A stretch of DNA of 55,186 nt, filler included, from Jimgerdemannia flammicorona (taxonomy: Eukaryota), in NCBI GenBank assembly GCA_003990765.1. It is 3 parts of 3 records of this genome, joined end to end, with 100 filler letters (N's around TTAATTAATTAA, not from the genome) between each part and the next. Parts side by side here need not be neighbours in the genome. Positions count along the whole stretch, not along the records: positions 18,432 to 36,760 come from RBNJ01002237.1; 2 more parts are not named here. One strand, given 5' to 3'. The notes under the pieces were generated by a model. The model saw only the letters and a list, made by a program, of their open reading frames with translations, made no database searches and was not told the origin of the DNA. A program made the position numbers and the translations under genes. Positions 23,791-36,413 of the stretch are shown one piece after another (within the stretch, counting starts at the first letter, position 1; each line of letters begins with the position of its first letter).

Positions 23791-24183
23791 AGCAGTCGCG
23801 GGCCAATATAGACCAGATGTGAATATGTGCCGGCGCAAGAATGTCAAGGTGGTGGAGAAGTGAGGCGACGAGCAGTTGCAGGCCAATGTGGAACAGATGT
23901 GAATATGTGCCAGCGCGGGAACGTCAAGGTGGCGGAGAAGTGAGATGATGAGCAGTCGCGGGCCAATGTGGAACAGATGTGAATATGTGCCAGCACGGGA
24001 ACGTCGGGGAAGTGGGGCGATGAGCGGTCACCAGCCAATGTAGAACAGATGTGAATATGTGCCAGCACAGGGACGTCAGGGTGGCATAGAAGTCGGACGA
24101 CGAACGATCGCGGGCCAGTGAAGAGCGGATGAGAATATGTGCCGGGCAAGGTGGCGGAGAAGTGGGGCGTCAAGCAGTCGTGG
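23791..24183 (+). repeat. ~80-bp tandem array (~5 copies) within the YR coding region
   Basis: AGCAGTCGCGGGCCAATGTGGAACAGATGTGAATATGTGCC.. units at 23791, 23871, 23951, ~24023 and ~24103. Confidence 0.85.
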
Positions 24184-24734
24184 TAAACGAGTGCGTGAGC
24201 GGCACAGGTGGAGGGGGCGACGTGTGGTCGCGGTAGGCGGGTGCGCGAGCGGCACAGGCGGAGAGGGGTGACAAGCGGTCGACCTAGTCCAGCAGCCGCG
24301 GCATCCGAGGCAGCGCCAATCCGAAGCTATAACCGGAGGATCAAGGCCGGCCAACCATCGTTGCAAAATTGCTTGCCGACCGGGCAGGGAAACAAAGTGT
24401 GTTGACCTGTGGTCAAGGAGAGAAAAGAGGTGCCGGAGAAAAGAAACGGCACATAGTAGGCATCAAAATGGGTCTGACTTGAAGGAGAGGAGTGTCAGGA
24501 CGATGTGAGCGGGAACAAAGACGGATGGATGGAAACCAATGCAGCCCCGAGAGATATGCATGAGGGGTTGTTCGAAGGGGTGATCCCACGTAATTTCGCC
24601 AGGCCGGAGGAACCCAAAGTATGCAAGCATGATGGCCGCGGCGAACGTAATATCTGGGGCCCGGTAGCCGGAGATGTGAGAACAATTGGTGGATACAAGA
24701 ATATACCAGGGAAGATGGGGATGGGTAGCCTGGA

Positions 24735-24965
24735 CGCCGTTCCCAGTGTTCTGGATAAATTATGATATATCGGAAGGCGTTTGCCAGATCAACCTTGAAT
24801 AATAAGGTGACGCCATACCATGTCAAGTGTCTGGTCAAAGGCCATGAATGTTACAGCCAAATCGATCCCGTCATTGACAGACATGCCATGGGGCCAAGAT
24901 AAATGGTGGATGCGGTACTGCGTTGCGGGTCCCTTCTTTGCAACAGTGCCCAGCAGCGATGCCCG
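24735..24965 (-). pseudogene. Ngaro RT N-terminal remnant
   Basis: LGTVAKK...RIHHLSWPHGMSVNDGI and FKVDLANAFRYI. No YxDD or RNase H follows. Confidence 0.85.
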
Positions 24966-24989
24966 AAAATTTTGAAATGGGGGATAGGA

Positions 24990-26312
24990 GAAGGGGACAT
25001 GACGTTTGCCACAGTGGGAGCATTGGTGTTGGTAAGGATATTGCTGGCGGGTGCAGCCAGTAATAGAGAAGTTGATGGCACCATTACGATCGATGTGGTT
25101 GAAGGCCTGGTACACGTTTGGTGGCGAATATGGTTGATTGCGTCGAGGAGGTCCGGAGGAATAGGAGGTTCTCGAGACAGTGGGTAGAGAGGACGAGGGA
25201 GAAGGTGTAAAGACAGGAGCTCACCATCCTGCGAAGCCCAAGCCATGTAAGCAGTACGGGAGAGGGGAGACGCGATCCGTCGAACATGAAATTCGAGGTG
25301 ATAATTGGGGAGTGCCTCCCATTGATAATCAACATTCAATTGAATAAGGTCGGCGATGTAACGAAAGAATGTGGTAGGGTCAGTGAGGCCTGAAAAAGCA
25401 TCGTAAAAGTCAGGTGCAGCGGGCCGCATAATGCGAGGAGGTTGGAAAATCCTTGATGATCGCGACCTCCCATGGGCATACAATGCGAGAAAGAATAGCA
25501 GGAGCGATTTCCTCAATGAAATGGGGGTCGTGGGGTATAATGACAGAAGGAGAGCGGATGACAAGCTTCCCCAGATTACATGGGCGAAATGTATTGTGGA
25601 TGATAGCAGAAACCGTGGTAGGGTTCGCATCAGAACTTGACAAGGATAGAGGTATCATATGTAGAAGGAGAAAGAGGGATGCACCTAAGGGCATTACACC
25701 AGACATCGAGGCAGCCATTGGGATAGGCACTGCCGTCATAGTTTTGTAGTGCTTGCCATATACGAAAATGGGTGGGTGCCGGAAATGGAGGTGGGATGCC
25801 GGGATAGAGTGGAGCTCCGGGTGATGCCGGGAGTAGAACAGCCATAGGCGGGTGGGATGGCCAGAAAACGGATGGAACTGTCACGAAATAATCCGAGACA
25901 GTAATGCCTGAAACCTGACTGGAGACCGGATAAACACCTGAGACCCGACTGGAGACCGAAGGAGTGCCTAAAACCGAAATTGGCACAGAATAAGAAACAG
26001 GCATCGCCGGTGGGGCTCAGGTTTGTCCGAGGTGGCGACGTAAGGTGGCGATAATCTGGTCTTGCTCGGCGATATGGGCGTCTCGGTCAGAGTAGGCTGC
26101 GATGTGGAAGATGAGCCGGCGAGGTCAGGGGAAAGTTGGTGAAGGGTCGGTAAATCGACGGTATTATCGTTGTTGGTGCATGCGGCAATAGCAGCCATTA
26201 TGGCCTCGAGATCATGGGATAAGGGGCATGGAATAGAGCCGATAGCATGGCGTCCTGGGAAGTCGTTACCAGCGATGTGGCAGACTTGGCAAGCATGGCG
26301 CAAACGTGCCAT
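24990..26312 (-). pseudogene. Ngaro gag-like ORF1, frameshifted
   Basis: N-terminal CQVC...H...CP motif, YIADLIQLNVDYQW...YHLEF, and C-terminal C...YQHQCSHCGKRH zinc finger typical of DIRS/Ngaro ORF1. Confidence 0.75.
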
Positions 26313-26774
26313 GTATGTGGTCTTGCACGGATTGGTGTAGGTTGGGTTATGTGTGTATATTAGGTTATTTGTGTACGTTAGTTTTATGATGTATTATTAT
26401 TATTCGAAGATAATAAATGTGTGAGTGAAATGTATGGAGTGAAAACCGTATGGTAGCGATTGAGCGGGATGGGAAGAGGTCAGGATGTTGGCGAACAATG
26501 ATTGCATAATTGCTAATTATGAATGCATATTGCCTAATCGAGTAATACACATCTTTAATGTGCTATCCCTTCAGGATCCCTTCATACAAATCACTGCTAT
26601 ACCCAGAGAACCTGTCCCAATAAGGAAATCGCTCGCAGATATCCAGATTGACTATTATACCACTAAACACCAAGAACATTTTGTTGCTTTTAACAAAGTA
26701 ACTGGGGGCTCAAGCCAAACTACATCAACCCCCAACCTTGTAATTTGCCTCCATTGAGCCAGACATGTTACATT

Positions 26775-26792
26775 TGGGGGCTCAACTGGGAA
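26775..26792 (+). promoter_or_regulatory. Primer-binding site of Gypsy-B, tRNA-Pro-like
   Basis: TGGGGGCTCAACTGGGAA lies 2 nt after the LTR end and resembles the tRNA-Pro PBS TGGGGGCTCGTCCGGGAT. Confidence 0.7.
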
Positions 26793-29700
26793 GATTTCAA
26801 ATTGACATAACTTTTCAGCTCATAAGAACTTACAGTCAAACTGGATACATTTGATACAATACCAATCTCTGCCACTACAGGAGAACCAGTTATCACCAGC
26901 ATCTGGACAGGAAGAGAAGTAATCACATCAAGACTTGTCAACTACCCAGCATCAAAAGGATCCCAACCAGAACCAGAAGCCAGTATAGCCTGAAATCTCC
27001 AATCAGATCAACCAGACAATACAGGAGGCCCAGTTGGAGATTTTGAAGAACTTGTATAAGAACTAGAAGATCTTATTACACAAGCCTGAGATCTTATAGC
27101 CAGACACCCCATATCAGTCCCATCAATCTCACCAATAAAACCTTTACCACAAGCCCTCACAGAATTGGAAGTAGCTTCTACAAGAATACCTAGATTCATT
27201 CCACTTCATCTAAGGTCCAGAACACCATCCTCAGGATGCTCAAGCATCCCCATCTCCAGTGATAGTTCAGAAAGTGAATCAGAATCAGAATCTGGACCTG
27301 AATCAGAATCAGAAGAAAGTGATGACAAAATGGCCACCTTATTGCCAACCTTTGCAGAATACTCAGAGGAAGACCCCAGAGAATTTCTTGATGTAATCGA
27401 AGGAACTGCAGCTCTCAGAAATCTCTCAGATGAAAGAAATATCACCATCTACAAGGCCCAGCTTAGAGAACCAGCCAGAGGAATCTTCCACCAAACAGCA
27501 AATGACCCAAATTCAGAACAGATAAGACAGATATAAGTAGTAGTATCTTATGAGCTAGAATATGTAGCCATGGTCCACTGGCTCATTGAAAAGTATGCAG
27601 GAAATGAAACCCACTATAAGGCCCAAGAATCCATCATGGGGATGAAGATAAATCTTAGAGAATCACCCAGAGCCTTCTTCACAAAAATCTAAAAGAGAAT
27701 ACATATAGCTAGATTCAATGCCACTAACAAGGACATCATAGGTCCAATGATCTTCATGAATGGGATTCCCCCAAACATTGCCCAGCATGTCTGTACTCTA
27801 GGCATCAGAAGGTCTAAAGAGCAAATAGATGCAGCCCAAGGATTCTTTGATATCAGACAAGGAACTACCTGGAGTAACCATGATAAGAAAGAAGATAAAG
27901 AAGACATCTTGGTCAAAGCTCTAAAAGAGCTCCTCCAAGGAGAAGAGAGATCTGAAGAAAGAAGACAAGCCAAAGAAGAGAAGAAGGACAGAAGTGAAAT
28001 CCAAAACCTCAGCTCCAAATTGGATGGATTGGTTGAATAGATCAAAAAACTTACCATATATGAAAATCAGAGCTACCAAGACAATAGAGGATACCAACCA
28101 GAGAGGAGCCAAGGTTATCCACCTAGAGATAACAGGAGTTATCAGCAAGAAGAAAGAAGATATTCTATCTGAGATAGAGCCCAAGTCCAATACTTCTACT
28201 GTAGACAATTTAGACACTATATCACCAAATATGACAACAAAAGAAGTGACCAAAGGGACTCAGAACCATCAAACAGAAGGAATGACACTCAGTACAAGAA
28301 GACTGAAGCCCATCCTGTTGAGGATTTCGAAGAAGTAAGCAATAGTAAAGACTACAGTGATCTAGACTTATACCCTACCAAGGTTACCTCTTGAAAAATA
28401 GTCTATCCAGCAGAAAGAGGAAGAGACCTGTAGGAAGGCCATCCAGGAATATCAGCAGAAGAATCATCCAAGAAGAAGATGAAGAACATGAAGAGGAGCA
28501 GGTAGAAACACCACCCTGAACCCCCTCACCTTTTGTCTCTGAGACAAATGAGCTGCAACCTAAAGATGAAGAAATAAAACAAGAAGAATGGGAACATGCT
28601 GTTCCAAATCCCAAGAAGAAGTACACCCCAAAGACTGTGCCCAGAGACATCTACAATGAAGCCTAGCAGAAGATTCAAGAAGCCAAGATGGAAGTCCCCC
28701 TTCTATAGTTCCTGCAACTGATACCAGCTGGAGTTCGAAATATATTATTAAGAACTACTAGGTCCAGTACTGGCTGAGTTCTGATCCCACAACAAGAGCC
28801 AGCTCCCATCTCTATCCAAGCTACAGAAAGACATATCAGCACCTATCTATATGGAGATATTGGAGGACAAAAAGCAAAAATCCTCATAGACATAGGAGTA
28901 ACTATCTATATTATTGCCAAATGGTTCCTAGATACCCTCTAATGGCCCATTGATGGACCATCCAACCTCAGCATCATAGTAGCATATGGGGCCCAAATTC
29001 TACCCCTTAGAGAAGTATGAAACATTACTATCTCTCTGGGACACATTCAGTTAAAGCTGTTGTCACTAAAGCTGTCACCTATAATATCATTCTTGGCACC
29101 AACTGGATGAAGGAAATGAATGCAGTTGTTGATATCAGTCAACAAGTACTTAAGTTTGACTATTGAGGCAAGAAGTACAGAGTCAAGGTGACTAGCTATG
29201 AGCAATTAAAGAAGAAGAAGAAGGTCACCATCCAAGAAGAATATACTAGCAGCAAAGAATCTACCATAGAGAAGAAAGAAGAATCTGAAGATAGAAATGA
29301 TCCCAGACTTAATCCCTGGATCAACCTAGTGGATGACAGACCAGAAGACAATATATAGGCTAAGAACACTGTCCCCATTACCATTGGAGCCATTGCAGGA
29401 GAAATCAAAGAATGCCCCACCTGCCTCAAGAGATACAAGTGCCCTGAGCACTCCTCCAAGATCATTGGGATTAGGAATTCGCCTGGCACAGCCTGCCCTG
29501 AGTGTAGAAGGAAGAAGAAGAAATACAGACATGTTCCAGAAACACCTGCAACTGAAGCTACAGAAGTACAAGCAATTTAGGGTCAGGAATCATCTGAGGA
29601 AGAAGAAGCTCCAGACCAAGAAGTTCCTGAACAAGAAGTACCTGAAGAAGAAGAGATCCCCAAACTCATTCCCTGGGATGACCCTCACTGGAAACCATCT

Positions 29701-32700
29701 AAAGACAATGACCCTTGGAATATAGAAGAAGGATCCAGCACAATCACCATTATCTCTAAGAAAGCAACCTACCAAGAAAAGGCTTTTTGGCTAGAAAGAT
29801 GTCTACACCAAATGGTCTTTCACTCTCCCCAAGACTATTGTTATCAGTGCCATCTATAGACCAACAGGAGAGATAGAGACCAGAACCCCCAAACACAGTT
29901 GCACAGTTAACTATCTTCCAAGAAGTTACTACCAAGTTGCAAAGCCAATTTAGAGAATAAGGTCTCTTCATCCAGACAGAAGTATACCCCTTATCTACTC
30001 TTCCACCAACTTATACAAGATGGGTACTAATTCCCAAAACAACATAAGATCAATAACTGAGAACATCATTTCTGAGTAATGAGATATTGCGACCATGGAA
30101 GACACCCAGATTGCTGAGACTGCAGGCATCAGAAGATCTATCACAGTCATGATATTGCAATCCACACTTTAAAGAGAGGAGATAACCAAAGCCAGATCCA
30201 AAAAAGCCAGACCAAAAAGCCAGAAAGAAGGATCTTTAAGATCTATAATTTAGGAGAAGACATCCTAGCTTTCATCAGACATGCAACCTGCCAAGGATAG
30301 ATAGAGGATGTCACCAACTTCATGGAAGCCCTAGACTCTACAGGAAGAAGAGGAATCAACTATCTCCAAGACCCCTCTACTGGAGCCAGATGGCCACACC
30401 TCAATCTCAGAGCTTGGAGGTACTCTGCTAGTGGAGCATCAGCCTGAGAACAGGCCAAACTTAGCAAGGATATTACCCAGTATACCCTGCTACATCCCAA
30501 GGCCAAACCCCGACCAAAGCACACCCAGAAGATATAGGATATGATCTTCACAGTCTGGAGGATAAATCTATTAAGCCTGGAAAAACATTCATAATTTGAA
30601 CTGAACTAGCCATGCAACCACCCCAAGGAGCTTTTATCCAAATGACCTCAAAGTCTGGACTTGCCAGACAAGGAATAACCATAGAAAGAGGAACCATTGA
30701 CCCAGGTTATATAGGTGAAAACAAGGTCATCCTACACAACAGCAGTACAGAATGATACCAAATTATTAGAAGACAGAAGATTGCCCAAGCAGTCTTTATG
30801 AAGGTCAAGACTCTGTAATTACAAGAAATTGACTGAAGGAATAAGATAAGCCAAAGGATTTGGAAGTTCAGACAAGAAGGAAGTATATCTCCTTTAAGTC
30901 AACTACTTCAAAAGGAATGTTCCTTAGCAAGTATACTGCCAACCAGTCAAACTACACAAGAATCTCATTCTGGAGCCTGGAGAACAAACCACCTTTGAAA
31001 TCTTTACACTGCCCGACCCTAGAAACCTTTTCTTTGAACCCAATGAAGATATCCCATACCTGGATATAGAAGGACACACATTCCCTGACAAGATGAATCC
31101 AGTACACTCCTGAGCAATCAACCAAAGTTAGGAAACCATCATCTTGCCAAAAGGAACCATCATAGGGCATCTGGTGCCTTTTCTCAACCGAACTCATAGA
31201 GAAGTTTATGAACTAAACTTATCAGGAAATGGCAAAAGGTCCCAGAAGAAAGGAAAGGCCCCTCTGCGAACCAGGAGACAGTGAAGCCTTCCACCAACAT
31301 TGGAGAAGAATTGACACCTCAACAATAGCAACAACTAGTAGAACTTCTCAACAAATATCAAGATATCTTCACCACCAACTATGGCAACCTGCTATACAAC
31401 CCATCATATCACCACAGCATAAATACAGGAAATGCAACACCTATCTGGCATAAATCCTACAGAATACCCCATCACCTAAAAACATTTGAAAAGGAGCACA
31501 TTCTAGAACTCTTAGATAATGGAGTCATCCGACCCTCTAGCAGCCCTTGGGCCAGTCCTATGCTTATTATACCAAAGAAAGGAGGATAGAGACTCTGTGT
31601 AGATTACAGAAAACTCAATTCAGTCACTGAAAAGGATGCCTATCCTTTGCCCAGAATCAATACCTTTTGGATTAGCTACAAGATGTCAGATACTCAGCAG
31701 TATGGTCCTTTTCACAGGATTCCATGAGATCCCCATGGACCCTAAAGACATTCAAAAAACAGCTTTCCTTGCTTTAGGAAAACTGTTTGAATACCTCCAA
31801 ATGACTTTTGGACTTTGCAATACACCCCACATTTCAGAGGATAATGAATTCAGTCTATGCCCCTTTGATCCACTACTGTCTGATTTTATACATGGATGCT
31901 TCCAACATCTATTCAGTAAATTTCAAAGAACACCTGCACTACCTAGAGGAATTCTTCAAGCTCACTCACAAGAACTACCTGAGACTCAATACAAAGAAAT
32001 GCTACTTTGGAAAACAGAAACTTAAATTTCTTGAATTTATAGTTTCAAAGAAAGGAACTCATGCAGACCCAAAGAAAACCAAGAAGATCAACAACTGGCC
32101 AGTACCCAAGATCCCAAAGGAAATACTATCATTCCTGATGCTAGTATCCTACTACAGAAGGTTTATTAAGGACTTTGCCCAAATTGCTACCCTAATCTGG
32201 ATCCTTCTCAAGAAAGGAGTACCATTCAAATGAACAGAATTACAAGAACTGTCTTCAAAGAACTCAAGAACTACATAACTACAGCATCAATCCTTATGTA
32301 ATCCAATCTACAGAAGCCATTCATCTTATATATAGATGCTTCCAAAGATGGCCTAAGAGTAGTTCTAGCCTAAGAAGAACCTGACCAACAATACTATGTG
32401 ATAGCTTATACAAGCTAAGCTACCAATTAGTAGCAGATGATCTATAATAGCACCAAATTAGAATGCCTTATAGTCATATAGGGTGTCACCCTGTTCAAGC
32501 ATTATCTTATCAGAAAAAGGTTCACCCTGATCACAGACCATATAGCCCTCAAATAGCTATTCAACTGCAAGAAACCTACCAGAATCCTAGCCTGCTTGAT
32601 CCTTATCCTTCAGAATTACAAGATCACCATTATCTATAAAGCAGGGAAAGCTCACAACAATATTGATGTACTTTCCTACCAGCTCCAATGAATCAGAAAA

Positions 32701-33086
32701 AGGGTGTCCTGAGAAACTATACCCTAAAGGAAGCTCCTCAGATTATCATGACACAAGAAGATCTCATCCAAAAAGAACATCAGAAAGTCCACCAGGGCAG
32801 GTGAATATAGAAGAGAAGCTGCAAACAACATATCAACATTGGCCCAATCTCAGAACACAAGTCTGGGACATATTCAAGAAATGTGATATCTGCCAGAAGT
32901 ATCAAAGAAGGAAGAATTATCAAGCACCACTGCAACCAATTACACTACTAGACAATATTCTTCAGAGATGGGGAGTAGACATAATTGGACCTCTACTAGT
33001 TATACTAAGAAGAAACAAATATATCCTTATATTTGTGGAACATCTGACTAAGTGGCCCAAGGCTTTTCCAATAGAAATTGCAGACG
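26793..33086 (+). mobile_element. Gypsy-B internal region (decayed): gag, protease, Cys-rich insert, dUTPase, RT, RNase H, partial integrase
   Basis: LPTF...EDPREFL (27340), decayed knuckle (~28190), ILIDIG (~28880), SPWASP..RLCVDYRKLN..DAYPLPRI (31540-31660), YIDAS/ECL/TDH (32330-32540), C..CQ and WGVDIIGP (32880-32990). Many stops. Confidence 0.92.
30480..30872 (+). pseudogene. dUTPase domain between protease and RT of Gypsy-B
   Basis: All five dUTPase motifs: DIGYDL, SKSGLA, GTIDPGYIGE, KIAQ, GFGSS. Confidence 0.9.
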
Positions 33087-33925
33087 CATCTCTTTTCAGT
33101 ACCATTCAGATTACACAACCTTTGGAAGGTGCTTTCGACATCATTTTCAGCAAAAAGAGACTAACAACATGGCAACTGACAGACAACCTGAGGTGCATAC
33201 TGGGCAGGGCGGCCCTAGCGCTTTCGACTGGCAGCAGGTGGGGAGGGGGCCAGGCCTGGGGGGAGGTATGAGGGGCCTGCTGGTGGGTGGATGTAGAAGG
33301 GGTGGAGGAAGTGGTGGTGGATCGGGATCTGGGAGGGCGAGCTTCACGGAGATGGTAAAGGGGAGACAGCAGACATCGGGGCTGGAGGGCTGGCTGAAGA
33401 AGGGCAAGGAGACTGAGAAGGCGAGGGTGCCGGGGGGTGTGGCCCTTGGAAGGGGGGGTGGTGGAGCTGCAGGAGTAGTGGCTGGGAGGGGTGTGACTGC
33501 TGATGGTGTTGGGACTGTCAATCTGGAAAAAAATCCAGATGTGACGGCTGATGGCGAGGCTGAGCGGCTGAGGCTTAGAAGACAAGGAGACTTGGCAGAT
33601 GGTGTAACGGGTCTGGTGGTGGCCCCATTACTCAAGAAATCGATTTCGGCATTCACGGTCACACTATGCTTCCAGGGCCTGGCGGTGACAGCAAAAATGG
33701 TGCTGGGGCTCATCACTAAGCAGGTGGCAGGTGCAGCATCTGTGAAGTTTTTGAAGGGACTGGAAGGAGTGGAGGTGGGTTTTGAGGAGGCGGCACCACT
33801 GGAGGAGGTGCTGAAGATTGGATTAGTGGTTGGGGAGGTATGTGTTCTGATGGCACAGTGCCTGAAGTGGGATTCCAGGGTGGTCCAACTGCTGGTAAAG
33901 GGAGTGCCGACAGTGACAGCAATGG

Positions 33926-35990
33926 TGTAAGTGCACAACCTCCAAGCCACTGAAATTACATATCACCCTCTGAACAAGCCACTGAAATCACATGCGACCT
34001 CCGAACAAATCTGGAAATCACCTGCTTGATCATGAAGCTGAGTCAAACCGAAGTCACAGTGTACAAAGCTGAGTCAATATGAAGTCACAGAACACAAGAT
34101 TTACACAAACGGAATCTTACCAATCAGGACCAAATGCATATATACCAAGCACTGAGATGCGTCGAATCAGAGAACCAAAACAAACAACAACAACCACAAC
34201 TTCCAATATACACAAACATGACCACCGAGATCTACAACTGCGTCCGCGCTGACATTTGGAATGCCATTGTCAACCAAGCAACACCCCCTCTGCCCCTTAT
34301 GAATATCCATAGCCTAGCACCCCTCTACTTCGTGGAAGCCTGATGGAATGCCCTGAACAAGCTTAATGAGGCCCACTGAATCGGACAAATCTCAAGCTAC
34401 TACCAGATCGGCTGCCTCTTGGAAGACATGGTCGAATACCACCATGATACAGATATTACCCAGATGTCCCAACACTAGAAGCTCATCACCCACAAACACC
34501 GAGAACTCTTCTATGAGTATAGCACCTTTATTCCCTGCCTCCGAGTCACTACCAGCGAAATGGTTGCCACTCTGTCCTACGGCCAAATTGATGACATGAT
34601 ACAAGAACTCAATCACAAGTACCTCGAGTACATTGAAACTACAGACAGAACCTTCCTGCACCCCGACGATCACATCCTGCAAATGCCCCAAGTTGGATAT
34701 GCCATGAAGGACATCTACGATATAATCCACTTTGACAAAGATAAAGAAGAAGACAATGATCCCTCTGATGCAGACATGACCTCAAGCCAAGGATCCCTGC
34801 CAACCCTGATCACACTGCCAACCTTGCCAATGAACTTACAACAGTTCATAACTGTATATGAGACTTATTGGGACAATGACCACTGGCATGAATACTAACC
34901 CACGTTCACCCCCGATTACTTCAATTATAATGAAGAGACTGGAGAACACAATCTGTACCTCCAGACAACCCTCGAGATTGAACCAACAACTCCACCACCC
35001 GAGTATGAATGATAGGAACCACAGCCGCCAACTTACTACAACCCCGCGACTCATAGTGCTGTAACCTATAGAAGGTATACAGACAGCGAATGCAATGAAA
35101 GCGAAGACAATACACCCATCCTTCGCCCACCAACACCTTATCCAGCATACGAAACAGACAATGCTATCCTGTGGGATGGAGATGAAGTTCCAATGTATTA
35201 TTACCTCACCGAACAAGGAGAAGTAATCCGTGAACCACTTTTCCTAGATGACTACTTCATCAGAGATGATGCAATTGATGGTGACATCATCGAAGACTAC
35301 CCAGACAGCACCTAAACCTATAAATGGCCTAGCAGTCATAGTATAGTTAGATTAGTCTTGTACGACGTGACTGTGAACTGACTCAGCAGTCAGGCAATCT
35401 CTTGACATGTCAGATTACATTTGTACTACGTGACTGCATTCCGACTCAGCAAGGCACTTAGTGCTACATCCATTTTTAGCATAGCCCAGATAGCCCCTCA
35501 CTAGTATAAATACCCCCTCTCCCAGACCTCAGAATCTCAGACTCAAACACACAAGAACATTCCTGAATACTTCCCCACAATACCCCTTCACACAACTACT
35601 CCTAGTATAGCAATATCATGAATAGCAAATAAACCTATTTCATAACCCACAAACCACTCTTAAGTAAATCCACTCTCCGTTAGGTCCTACTCCTAACCTC
35701 ATCATGAAATTTCCCAATTGGGTATTATCTGCAGCAATATGCCAATTCAACTAAACTGGTCTTAGTTTCTTGAACTTCCTGAAATACGGAAAATCCTGAA
35801 CATCTAGAACTAGTCCAAAAAAGGACTTTGGTTGAGACGTCAACCCGATCTTGAAATCAATAAGTATAGAGGATGTACTCCATATGAAATTGATCTTGAC
35901 CATAAGTAACGGTCTTCCAGAATATCCAGAACTTCCAGAAAACCCTTCCAGAACTATGTAACAGTTACCTTAAAAAGCAACCCTCTTACA
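33926..35990 (+). mobile_element. Solo LTR-A (2065 bp) with 5-bp TSD AATGG
   Basis: TGTAAG...CTTACA termini. AATGG at 33921-33925 and 35991-35995. TATAAATA at 35505 and AATAAA at 35628. Confidence 0.96.
34218..35315 (+). pseudogene. LTR-A U3-encoded ORF (365 codons, unknown protein with acidic/Pro-rich C-half)
   Basis: One frame from ATGACCACCGAG to ACCTAA with no frameshift. Several internal stops are sense codons in other LTR-A copies (e.g. TAG vs CAG, TAA vs CAA). Confidence 0.8.
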
Positions 35991-36413
35991 AATGGAGACA
36001 AGGAAGAGAGTTGAGGATTTCATGGCGGAATATGGCGAGGTGGTAGATATCGGGTTCAGGGTCTGGGAAGGGACCTCGCTCAGGACTGGTGACGTGGATG
36101 TGAGGATTTGGCTGGCTGGGAAGGAAGCCACTGGGAAGGCAAGGGATTGGCCTTCAGCGATGGTCTGGAGAGCGATCCTGTGTAAGGTGACAAGGGTGAA
36201 GGGGAGTGAGGAGGAGGAGGAGGATTTACTGGAAGCACTTGAAGAGCTGGGGGGTGCTGTGGAGAGGCGAGCAAAGGCTTGGGAGGCTTTTGAAGAGGCG
36301 ACACACTTGGAGGTGGTGGATGGGAAGCGGATTCGAGTGACCAAGGAGCAGTGGGAAAGGGCTCAGGGGTGTAAGAGGCAGAAGGAGTTGCTGGCCAAGC
36401 TGGATAGCGGACC

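Larger units (their letters stand above)
21881..26585 (-). mobile_element. Ngaro-type (DIRS order) tyrosine-recombinase retrotransposon, internally deleted
   Basis: Split direct repeats in A1-ORFs-B1-A2-B2 order: A1 26436-26585, B1 22200-22347, A2 22061-22199, B2 21881-22028. CAT is shared at both ends and at the A2/B1 junction. Gag, RT and YR remnants are present. Confidence 0.93.
20676..26772 (+). mobile_element. 5' LTR of Gypsy-B, interrupted by the Ngaro element (left boundary tentative)
   Basis: Ends TGTTACA just before a PBS. TATATAAAT near 21082 and AATAAA near 21109. Candidate start TGTGA at 20676. Confidence 0.5.
33087..36413 (+). mobile_element. L1/Tx1-like LINE copy A: 5' UTR and ORF1 N-half (ATG 33169), split by a solo LTR and cut by a MITE
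   Basis: 5' end matches the copy at 50157. ORF1 reads through VPTVTAM|ETRKRVE once the LTR and one TSD are removed. Confidence 0.88.

Noticed and set aside
23791..24183. Regular repeats resembling a CRISPR array (also 45233-45400, 21458-21702, 13558-13768)
   Set aside because: These are tandem units without unique spacers, there are no cas genes, and the context is eukaryotic TEs.
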